A stretch of 62,249 nucleotides of DNA, the filler included, from Platydemus manokwari (taxonomy: Eukaryota), in the NCBI GenBank assembly GCA_037951405.1. It is 5 parts of 5 records of this genome, joined end to end, with 100 filler letters (N's around TTAATTAATTAA, not from the genome) between each part and the next. Parts side by side here need not be neighbours in the genome. Positions count along the whole stretch, not along the records: positions 51,923 to 62,249 come from JBBMOY011145105.1; 4 more parts are not named here. The stretch is one strand, 5' to 3'. Position 1 is the stretch's first letter. Every line of letters begins with the position of its first letter. A program made the translations under genes and the position numbers. The notes beneath the pieces are model-generated. The model made no database searches and was not told where the DNA came from. It worked only from the letters and a program-made list of their open reading frames with translations. Below, piece after piece: positions 52,633-62,249 of this stretch.

Positions 52633-53120
52633 AAAAATGTAATTATAATTATAAGGTTACACTTTAAAATCAATTTGTAAATATTCATTCTAAATCACAT
52701 TCACAAAACAAAGTCAATAATCGATTATCAGTGAGATTAGCACACGAAAAATAAATTAGTGATGGAAATAACGAACATAAAAGGCCATCGGAATAATTAC
52801 ACAAAAATATTAGATCAGATAAATGTAACCGAAAATGAAAGCCTAACACATACGAGATTCAACTCCTTTTATTGACTTCTGGTGCATATTTATCTGTTGT
52901 CCTGTAGTTTTACCTTTTTTGAACGAAATTGTTTACAGTCTAGTTTATCAATAAATTTACTATTAACTCTCGTGCCATTTGATTATCTTAATATTAGGGG
53001 ATTGGTCTTTTGGAGGCATATGATTGATTATTGGCACATGCGCTCATGGTGTGTAGTGTATCGAGCCTTTAAATGGTTATTCCGAGAAGTCCGCGAGTAT
53101 CTAGCTTGCTTTTATTATTC
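52633..53120 (-). repeat. Dispersed repeat, copy B (homologous to 18140-18800)
   Basis: Colinear blocks shared with copy A; the minus strand reads ATGCCTCCAAAA (MPPK) and KKVKLQDNR. Confidence 0.7.
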
Positions 53121-53870
53121 ACCTAACAAATATCAATTTCAAGAAATTGAGAATCCAATAAAAATTATTGAAATCTAAAACTCAAATAGAAATCTCTGAT
53201 TATGAGTGCTCAAGCAAATTGGGAAGCCAATGAAGATTTGTGAAGAATTGATTAATTAATTTGTTGTATTTCTACCAATATTTTTATAATAACATGTTTT
53301 CATTTTGAGATGCTACACTTGATACCAAATCTCAGCGAATATATTATCCTTAAAGTAGCTAATTAACAAAAGACGAGATAAAAAAGAAATATTGTCAATT
53401 ATTAGGTGATCATGGATGAAGTTTTTAGAAAAGAGGCAAATTGTTTGATAAATAAAGAAAATATTTAATTCAGGAAAGTATGCACCGACATTGTCTATAT
53501 ACTTTTGCTTTTCAAGCTGCAGGTTGTGCAGGTCGGTAGTACAAAACCCTGGTATTCAAGAGTCAGCTAATTCCTGAAAGGTATGTTATACAGCATTGAT
53601 GGAATTAAATTGTTTCTCTAATAAAAAGTTATCATACTTTGTCAATAATTGATAATCAGTTGAGGCAACGTCTGGTAAAGGATTATTAAGTAGTTTTAAT
53701 TCTAATTCCTGTATTTTTTTTCCAGTGTCATTTATGTAATGTATGATCAAGCATAAAGACAGGAGTCGATCCGCTTAGCAATTTAGTTTGGTTTGATTTA
53801 AGTTTTTGAATCATTTTGTCTAATTCGTTGCAGTATATTTTTGTTATGATCGATCACACATACACTATAG

Positions 53871-53993
53871 CAGGGGTGGCCAACCGGTCGATCACGATCA
53901 ACTGGTTGATCTTGAAGCCATATTTAGTCTATTGCGTGGGATGTTATTCAAATGAAAGGTCGATCTTACGTACATAAAAGTTGGCCAACTCTG
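53871..53993. mobile_element. hAT MITE (123 bp)
   Basis: Perfect 8-bp TSD CACTATAG (53863-53870, 53994-54001); TIRs CAGGGGTGGCCAAC / GTTGGCCAACTCTG (2 mismatches); subterminal GGTCGATC repeats. Confidence 0.9.
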
Positions 53994-55357
53994 CACTATA
54001 GCACTAAACTCTCATCATCATCTTGTATTGATGAATATTGAGCTTTTTAGTGAGTTTCAACCAGTGTTGTTGTAATTGTGATATTAGATCTATTTATTAC
54101 CGTAAATGATAATTAAGTTAAAAAATCAATCAGATTTGTGACGAGAAAACAAGTTCCCGAACGCTATTTTTTTCACTTTTTCACTCAGTTCAAGTAGAAC
54201 TTATTTGTCCAAAATTTTTACTTTACCGATTTCAGCTAAATAAATTAATTTTTTTGCCTGCTAGCATCAAACTTCAACGATTATTCATAGGCACCCTGAG
54301 ATTAGTCAAATTCGGCGGGGTCCTTTAGTTAATCATTTTGCTAATGGTCGACCACGTGGGTCATTTGTTAGATATAAGTTACCTTTATGAAATTTGGCAA
54401 ACCAATTTGATACTGCCTGCTGTGAAGTAAAATTTTCCACAAAAGTATTATTAAAGTACTGAGTAAACTGCACGTAGGAACTTTTATTTCGCAATTATAC
54501 AAATTCTCAACAATTTTCAGCAAGATTAATTATTAAAGGATTTTGATTACTTTAAGGATCAAGACATGAAATTTGTCCACAAAAAACAAAACACTATAAT
54601 ATTGAGCCAATGATAAATAACAATTTATTAAATTTGGCAATATTGTTAACTACATATTTCATTCTTGATAATGAATATGAGGAACCAATAAGAATTGAAG
54701 GGAAAAAATAATTGAAATTAAAATTTTGTTGTGTGTTCCTGTTCGTCGATATTGAGTTAAGAAGTCATTTAAAAATTATAATATATAAATCGTAACAAAT
54801 TTAAAATATAATATTTTTCCTTAATGTTATTTAAGATTAATAATTCATTTCGTGAACATTTTTGAAAAACATGTTTCAATATTCAGACTTTCTGATAATT
54901 AAGGATAATTGAAACGATATGAAAAATAGTTATCTAAAATTTGCCAAAGATTATCTCTTTAAATTTTGGCAATAATTCTCATCTCTAATTTCCATTAAAC
55001 ATTTTTATTTAAATAATCAACACCATATTCAATTATTAAGAAAAGTATCGAATTCTCCATTTGTAATTTCTTTACATTATCATAAAACAGAAATAAGATC
55101 TAATCTTAAATAAAAAATCATTTGTCTCTTTCCTAAATTTCGACATTTAACAACATTTTATTCATTTTTTCAAATGATAATTTGCTTCGGACTGTTATAA
55201 TTGTTTCAATGTTTCTTGTAAAAATGAATTTAATCATTTCTCAAACAGTTCGGATCTTTGAGAACTTTAAATCCAGATAATATTAAATTTTCTGATTTAT
55301 TTAAAAATCATAATAATCAAATAAATATAAAGCATTTGTTCCGAATATTCGCTATAA

Positions 55358-58300
55358 TCAACGGAACCTTGACTTTCTATCTGATTGTGAGAAATTTTCA
55401 TTGATATAGGAATTAAAAATATCGTCAATGGAAATTTGTGAGATGGAATAATCCAGTATCAATCCTTGCTCTTTTTGATTTTCGAAAAACTCAAATATTC
55501 TATATAATTTCACTAACGTAAACCGGAATGTTAATGCTATTGATTTTTCATCTTTCAATATTGCGGCATTACCAAATTCCCGAGAAATTATTATTTTCAG
55601 TTTGATTTTTTCAATGAGTCTATCACGATTAGGATGAATTCTTAATTTGACATAATATTCATTTCCACATCTCGATTTTAAATCTACTACAGTTTCTGTA
55701 TTCCTTATTTCTCCATGCGACATAATAGCTATTCTGTCACAAACCATTTCACATTCTTTCATGTTATGAGTAGCAATTAGGACTAATCGTTTACCAGTTT
55801 CAGTTAGTCTTCGAATTAAACCCCATATAATTTGTTTAGCCTCGTCATCCATGCAACTAGTTGGATCATCGAGAATTATTATTTTTGGAAATCCAATTAA
55901 CGCGATTGCAGTTGATAATTTTCGTTTATTCCCACCGGAAAGAGTGTACGTCAGATGATTCGCTTGAGAGAGCATTCCAAAAGTTTTTAATATCAATGTA
56001 ACACTAAATTCCATATGTAGTGATTGAACTCCACGAATGCGACAATAAAAGAATAATAACTCTTCACAAGTTAATAAAGAAGGTAAAGCATCAAATTGAG
56101 GACAAAATCCAATGATCTTATTGGCTTGTACGATGTTACCGATAATTGAAACACCATTTATTAAAATATCACCTTTGGATATAGTTTCATCGCCAATAAG
56201 CATGTGTAATAATGTTGTTTTTCCTACTCCATTTACACCGATTAAACCCAAACATTCACCTTCCTTGATTTCAAGAAATATATTACTAATAACTACATGC
56301 GGAGTATTATTCTCGTATTTGTAACTTTTAGTTAAATTAACTAGCTCTAAAACATTATCCTCTTTGAGCGATTTGTTTTTTGACTTGAAATAAGCATCAA
56401 CAAAGTCATAAGGACAAAGTTTTGCCAGATTGATACTAGTAGCTATATTAAAAAGATTAAACTGACACAAAAATAAACGCTTTATAATTCCACTTATAAT
56501 TAAAACCAAAATGAACCAATAAATAATCGACATTCCAATAAGTGCAAACAACTTTTCGAGAGTGGTATTCCATGCAAAAGGGTCGTAATCAATAATTCCA
56601 TCGCTAAATTCGTATTGCATATAATTGAAAGACAAGTCCATCATTCCTCTTCCTAGACTATACTGTGGAAATATTAAAAATATAGTTTTTAATATTCTAT
56701 TTGTCCTACCTAAATTAGGATTTTCTTTAATCATTTGATCAGTCGCAAATGTGACTATGGTAGTGATAGATCCAATTAAAAGATTATAAACGTATAACAT
56801 GACAAATGCTACACTCGGGGTAGTAATAAACAAACTAAAAGGATACATGTGGGGCATTATAGCAAACCCATAAAGTAATAGAAGAAGAAAAAAGGCTGTG
56901 ATATTTTTCAATCCAACCAACGAATAATACCGAAGTATTGAAAATATTACGATCACAAATATCACGGAAATAAAATATTTCACAATATCCCAAATGAAAT
57001 TAGAAACCCAATAGACATAAGGATTAACACCAGAAACTAATTGTTGCCTCTTAAAACCGGTTACTCGTTCTTCTATGAGAAAAATAACAAAACTAGCAGG
57101 AATAAATGATAACCCCATTATAACAAAAATGTCTAAAGATACTTCCATGAATAATATATTTATTATCTTATGAAAAAGATCTGGTCGATTTTCTCTAAAT
57201 GGATGAGTACTAATAACAATTCCATAATTCATTGAAATATCAGTGTTAAGTGCCGATCTCAATAATAAATTACTAAATATGTTAACATAAGCAGGCATTG
57301 AAACATAACCTTGGGTTTGGACCCATATTCTTGCATAAGTACTTCTTTCACCGGAAGTAATGAAAAATTTTTGAATTAAATTAAGAAAAGTTGGATCTGA
57401 CCATTTGGATGAGGCATCAGTAATCGAACGAAGCCCATTCCATAAATCTTGTCCACCAATGTTCGAGAGAGTCTCGCTAATAAAACTTCGAAACAATAAC
57501 TGGTACCCACCAAACTGTTTCCCTATGAACGATTTGAAGTTTTTGATCAAGTAATCTGATAAATTATAACCGGTTAAATCATGGATTTTATCGGTACTTG
57601 GCATCATGCGATACGGACTTGGTGGACCACCACTGCGATTATCCGGACAATGTTGATATCCAGTAAAATTACAATAACAATCTGGAGTTTTTAAAAGAAT
57701 TGGTTCTTTAGAAGGAATTTTCCAATCACTTCTTTCTGAAAAATTACAGGGAAAATTCGCCAAATGAAAAACCGACTTATTCATACATCTAATTCCTGAT
57801 TCCCCGAGGTCCGATTTATAATTCTCGTATAAGACTTTGATAATATTTTCGTGATCTTTAAGATTTTCTCTTCTGATAAATGTATTCAAATTAACACTTT
57901 CATTTTGCAACATTAACCATGGACTAATTGTCATAGACGGTTGGTAATTATTTGGAGAAGATGTATTAATAAGTACAATAATCAGAAATATCATGAATAT
58001 AGGCCAAAGGATTTCTGCCATAAATGCTTTAAAATTTCGTTTTGTGTAATGAAATCGCTTGATTAGCAAACCCATAACTTGCTGACTAATCAAAGGAAAT
58101 CCATAAATAGAATCGTACTTCAATATAATTTCCAATGATTGATAATTCATAATACTGATTTCAGATAATATTGATTTATCATCTAAGCTTAAAAATGAAC
58201 CGATTTTCAAATAATTGTAATAATTTGTGAAAAAATCCAAAATTCCCTCATTTGTTTTGCTGTGATGAAAGCCCAAAATTGGATCATCAAGAATTTTAAG

Positions 58301-61300
58301 AAAAACATCTTCTAGAGATGCATCCGACAATGAATACGTTAGAATATTAAAATTCTTGAAGGAAACATCGAGATCTTTGAAGAACTTTGAAAGTTCAGAG
58401 CTCTTTAATTTGTTTTGTGGAAATGTAATATTCCATTGGGTATTTGTCTCTTCGGTAAATATGGCACTGCTAATAAAACTTTTGACATAATTATAAACCT
58501 GCTGCCCACTACTTGAAATACCATTTTCTGGTTTAGTATGCCCAAGCCTAGGATTCTTAAATAAACTTAATTTATAACCTTCACCAAATTTTCGTTTCAA
58601 AAACATAGGAGATCCACAGCATCTCAATTTCCCTTGAACCATAATAGCCACCCTATCACTCAAATAATCTGTTTCATCCATGTCCTGAGTTATTAGGATT
58701 ATACTTTTATCTGTAGTACGATAATTTAAAATGACATCCCAGATTTGTCTTCGAGACGAAGGATCTACTCCCACAGTGGGCTCATCCAGAATGACAATTT
58801 TCGAATCACCAATAAAAGATATAGCAATACTTAATTTTCTTTTCATACCAAAAGAAAGACGCTTCACAAGAGTATCAGAAAAATTAAATAGACCAGCATC
58901 ACGAAGTAACTGTGTGAGCTGATTTTTTACGGTTTTAATTGGTATTCCTTTAAGTAGTCCGTAAAAGTAAATATGATCTTCCACTGTTAAATTATTAAAC
59001 AAAATATTATGTTGAGGACAGAATCCCATGTTTCGCCTTATTTCTTTAATATTTTTTCTAATATCCAGATTCATTATAAAAGCAGTTCCCGATGTTGGTG
59101 GAATGAGGCCTGTTAGTACAGATATTACAGTTGTTTTGCCAGCACCATTGTGACCTACCAGTGCTGTTATATGGGATTCGTATATATTTAAATTTAAATC
59201 ATCAATAACTGGTCCAGTATTTTGAAAATAAACTTTCACCAATCTTTGAATTGATAAATTTATTCTTAAATTTTTTGGTTCATCTTCAAAATTGGGATTA
59301 TTTTCTTCTGGTTTTTTCGGTTCGATTGGTTTTAGAAAAAAGTTGTCTGCAAAATGAATTCCTCTCAAGAATGAAAATGTGAACTGTTTCGTGAATATAA
59401 AATACCAAGGCTTTGGTATTCCATATCTACCCGGAAATACAGATCCCACATACCATGTTAAAAATATATAAAGCAAACTATCCATCCATATAAGCATTAT
59501 ACAATGCCATATTTCGAAATATAAATTCACTTTAGTTATTTCCACGACATTAGGAAACTCACTTCCATGACTTGACTGTTCCCAGTATAATATAAAATTA
59601 ATAGCATTACAAAACGAAACCTGTGAAAACAATCTCCATCCGTAATACATTTCCACTGCTAAATCCTGATCAGAATTAACAAAAACCAAAAATGGCAAGT
59701 AGAATATAAAATACAATATACCACCGCTGACCGTTGCCAGATTGGTATTATCGAAAACAACACTGATCATAAACGCTTGACAGATATAGGATATTACAAA
59801 CGAAATCATTACAGTGAATGTGAGAAAGAATGATGAATAATGAAATATGCCACTTATTTTAAATACCAATGCGATAATGGTTACTGGTATGATTTGGACT
59901 AAAAATGTCGAAAGAAATCTACTGACCCAATTAGCATGACTGGATAAGCCCATAATACACATGAACTGTTTCAATCGTTTCTCTTTCTCATAAACGATAT
60001 TTTGCAAAAGAATCATAAAAGACGGAGCCCAGGCAATGATGTAAAAAAACGGCAAAATATTCGGCAGAAATTTCGCAAGTAAATCATCCTGATAACAAGG
60101 ATAGGGCATGATTTGTACACTCGTTCCCAAACGTGGTGGTGAATTGGTGATCATTTCAATGAAACCGTGATCGATGGCTTCTTGAAGAAGAAGAAAACCA
60201 CTGGAATAATATCTCAATTCACCACCGGTATCGGTTCGAGGATTCGGAGTCCAGAATTTATTCCAAACTTTGAAATCTTTCGTGGAATCGATTCGATTTG
60301 TGGACATACGAATGGTGTATTGTAAAACATTGGCATTAGCAGCGGTCATGTATCGAGTCGATTCATCGAACACCACTGCTGCAAAGATATTTGTCATTGG
60401 AATGTTTTCCAGTTTATCGATGTCTTCTGTGAAATTCAATGGGTGAAATTTGTCCAATACTGCACAATCCAATGTTTTCTCCACCATTTCCATCACCGGT
60501 GTCACATTGCTAAATATTTCTTTCATGACAGACGGATGTAAATTATCCATCAAACTCTTACAATTGCCCGACGGATCTAATCCCCAACTGTGACAAATCC
60601 AAAGCACATGTCTCAGACTTTTATATTTTTCATTGTATTCCACTAAATATTCTAATTGCTTCAAAAATTTCACTCGCCACTGAATCGCTGCTAATCGAAT
60701 ACTATCGATCAAGGCGAATGTTTTATTGGCTCGTTTGACGAGTTCGCGTGTAAATTCCGAATTGGGTGTGTAATATATTTTACCAAACAACAGAGGAGCA
60801 ATAAATCGGTAGATTTCCAATGTAATTAAATCGTTTTTCATTGAATTAAAGATGGATTCCTGACAAGATAATTGAACCGGTGGTGTTTCGTCTTCATCAG
60901 ACGGTACAGCATCGGGAACTTTTTCCTCTTTTTTCAATAAACTCATAATCATGCCAATATCATTGTATTGAGTACCACAGGCATATTTTGTCAACGTTTC
61001 AAATCCTTCATTATATTCGGTTGTATTGTTCGAGCTTAATTTACCGGTGGCTTCGAACAAAAATCCAAACGTATCATCAAAGTATTTCTTTGTACTTTGA
61101 ATTTTTCTGACCTGATAACCCCCCAATGCCCACCAGCCCATATTGAAAACATTGTACGGTGCATTTGGAAGATCACGATATAGTTCACTAATAGCAATGA
61201 GAAGTGGTAAGAAAAGATTCTCGGATGTATCATTCCAATTGACTTCCGGTTGGGATTTACACGATGTTTTGATATTACAAATAAAATCTCTCAAATAAGG

Positions 61301-61504
61301 TATAATTCCTAATGACGTCAATACTTTTTCACGTAAATAACACGAGCTGGCATTGGTACGTTTTTGAGTCATTCGACCAAACAACAGTAGAAAAGTTATA
61401 ATAAGTGGAATCGAAATTTCAAGTACTAATAAAAATTGCCTACCTCGCATTACACGAAAATTTTTCCATAAAACAATCCCAATTTGTTTGACGGACAATT
61501 TCAT
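55358..61504 (-). CDS. Full-length ABCA-subfamily transporter (ABCA1/2/4/7-like architecture), intronless, degenerate NBD motifs
   Basis: 2048-aa ORF; QIGIVLWKN N-terminus, two large exocytoplasmic domains, IVYEKEKRLK and EERVTGFKRQQLVSGV, two TMDs, NBDs GHNGAGKTT and GVNGVGKTT. Confidence 0.95.
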   Translation of the reverse strand: MKLSVKQIGIVLWKNFRVMRGRQFLLVLEISIPLIITFLLLFGRMTQKRTNASSCYLREKVLTSLGIIPYLRDFICNIKTSCKSQPEVNWNDTSENLFLPLLIAISELYRDLPNAPYNVFNMGWWALGGYQVRKIQSTKKYFDDTFGFLFEATGKLSSNNTTEYNEGFETLTKYACGTQYNDIGMIMSLLKKEEKVPDAVPSDEDETPPVQLSCQESIFNSMKNDLITLEIYRFIAPLLFGKIYYTPNSEFTRELVKRANKTFALIDSIRLAAIQWRVKFLKQLEYLVEYNEKYKSLRHVLWICHSWGLDPSGNCKSLMDNLHPSVMKEIFSNVTPVMEMVEKTLDCAVLDKFHPLNFTEDIDKLENIPMTNIFAAVVFDESTRYMTAANANVLQYTIRMSTNRIDSTKDFKVWNKFWTPNPRTDTGGELRYYSSGFLLLQEAIDHGFIEMITNSPPRLGTSVQIMPYPCYQDDLLAKFLPNILPFFYIIAWAPSFMILLQNIVYEKEKRLKQFMCIMGLSSHANWVSRFLSTFLVQIIPVTIIALVFKISGIFHYSSFFLTFTVMISFVISYICQAFMISVVFDNTNLATVSGGILYFIFYLPFLVFVNSDQDLAVEMYYGWRLFSQVSFCNAINFILYWEQSSHGSEFPNVVEITKVNLYFEIWHCIMLIWMDSLLYIFLTWYVGSVFPGRYGIPKPWYFIFTKQFTFSFLRGIHFADNFFLKPIEPKKPEENNPNFEDEPKNLRINLSIQRLVKVYFQNTGPVIDDLNLNIYESHITALVGHNGAGKTTVISVLTGLIPPTSGTAFIMNLDIRKNIKEIRRNMGFCPQHNILFNNLTVEDHIYFYGLLKGIPIKTVKNQLTQLLRDAGLFNFSDTLVKRLSFGMKRKLSIAISFIGDSKIVILDEPTVGVDPSSRRQIWDVILNYRTTDKSIILITQDMDETDYLSDRVAIMVQGKLRCCGSPMFLKRKFGEGYKLSLFKNPRLGHTKPENGISSSGQQVYNYVKSFISSAIFTEETNTQWNITFPQNKLKSSELSKFFKDLDVSFKNFNILTYSLSDASLEDVFLKILDDPILGFHHSKTNEGILDFFTNYYNYLKIGSFLSLDDKSILSEISIMNYQSLEIILKYDSIYGFPLISQQVMGLLIKRFHYTKRNFKAFMAEILWPIFMIFLIIVLINTSSPNNYQPSMTISPWLMLQNESVNLNTFIRRENLKDHENIIKVLYENYKSDLGESGIRCMNKSVFHLANFPCNFSERSDWKIPSKEPILLKTPDCYCNFTGYQHCPDNRSGGPPSPYRMMPSTDKIHDLTGYNLSDYLIKNFKSFIGKQFGGYQLLFRSFISETLSNIGGQDLWNGLRSITDASSKWSDPTFLNLIQKFFITSGERSTYARIWVQTQGYVSMPAYVNIFSNLLLRSALNTDISMNYGIVISTHPFRENRPDLFHKIINILFMEVSLDIFVIMGLSFIPASFVIFLIEERVTGFKRQQLVSGVNPYVYWVSNFIWDIVKYFISVIFVIVIFSILRYYSLVGLKNITAFFLLLLLYGFAIMPHMYPFSLFITTPSVAFVMLYVYNLLIGSITTIVTFATDQMIKENPNLGRTNRILKTIFLIFPQYSLGRGMMDLSFNYMQYEFSDGIIDYDPFAWNTTLEKLFALIGMSIIYWFILVLIISGIIKRLFLCQFNLFNIATSINLAKLCPYDFVDAYFKSKNKSLKEDNVLELVNLTKSYKYENNTPHVVISNIFLEIKEGECLGLIGVNGVGKTTLLHMLIGDETISKGDILINGVSIIGNIVQANKIIGFCPQFDALPSLLTCEELLFFYCRIRGVQSLHMEFSVTLILKTFGMLSQANHLTYTLSGGNKRKLSTAIALIGFPKIIILDDPTSCMDDEAKQIIWGLIRRLTETGKRLVLIATHNMKECEMVCDRIAIMSHGEIRNTETVVDLKSRCGNEYYVKLRIHPNRDRLIEKIKLKIIISREFGNAAILKDEKSIALTFRFTLVKLYRIFEFFENQKEQGLILDYSISQISIDDIFNSYINENFSQSDRKSRFR

Positions 61505-62249
61505 ATTTTTGTTTTCGTAAAATTATTTGCCACTTGACATTGATTTTTAATTTAGTTAATTTAATTTTAAATTGTTGTCAAATTGGAATATTCTGCAAGC
61601 TCGGGTGCTTCAGTGAAATGCCTGATTTGTAAATATTATTGTATGAAGTAATATTTCTTTAAAAATTGTTAAAAATAGAATTCTAACTTAGAAACAAATT
61701 TGAATACAATAAGTATATCTCTATAAAATATTCATCAAAATAAAACAAAAATAAATTGATAATGAAAGTAAATGCAAGATAATAATTATTACTAATGTAA
61801 TTTTATTGGGTTTAAATTTTAGAATAAAAAGCGATAAATTGTATTTTTGAAAAAATTTCAAATTATTTCATCATCTTAGAAATTAAATTTTTGATAAAAA
61901 AAAGTACAGCGAGAGAAAATACTTAATGAAGTTTCCAGTATCATTTTTAAGTGAATAAAGTACAATTTAAATGTAAATATACATATAAAAGGTCATTGTC
62001 ATAAAGGCATTTGAAATCATTGTGTTAAGTGAATGAAAATAATTTCTGCTGACCTGTATTCAAATTTTACTCTTAAATAATTTTCCGCTGCGTATTTTGA
62101 TTTGGTTGCAAAATTTGTTAATTAAATCCACAAATATAATTACCTTAGCTTTTGATTAAATTGTCATAAAATAAATATCATAAAAATATACAATTTAAAT
62201 TTACAAACTTATATTTAGTTATATATTATTATGTTCAATCATATTTTAT

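Overview
AT-rich eukaryotic genomic DNA made of five contigs joined by artificial 100-bp spacers (44N-TTAATTAATTAA-44N). Base composition, 45-60 nt introns and gene content suggest a ciliated invertebrate such as a planarian (inference only). Contig 1 holds 11 internal exons of an axonemal dynein heavy chain (DNAH3-like, - strand); its introns carry a pair of RFX X-box motifs, a hAT MITE and a LINE relic. Contig 2 holds a fragmented Gypsy pol, the first two exons of an EF-hand (WDR49/WDR64/WDY-like) gene, and a SUR1/OCH1-like GT32 glycosyltransferase that may be nested in that gene's intron. Contig 3 has no intact gene: a mariner relic, MITEs and a decayed cadherin-like gene. Contig 4 holds a spliced F-type lectin + PAN/Apple gene with a frameshift, a 798-aa intronless orphan with ankyrin-like motifs, and intronless ARL6. 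Contig 5 holds an intronless 2048-aa ABCA transporter in which both composite ATPase sites carry substitutions at catalytic residues, the most notable observation here. All family assignments come from recalled motifs, not database searches.
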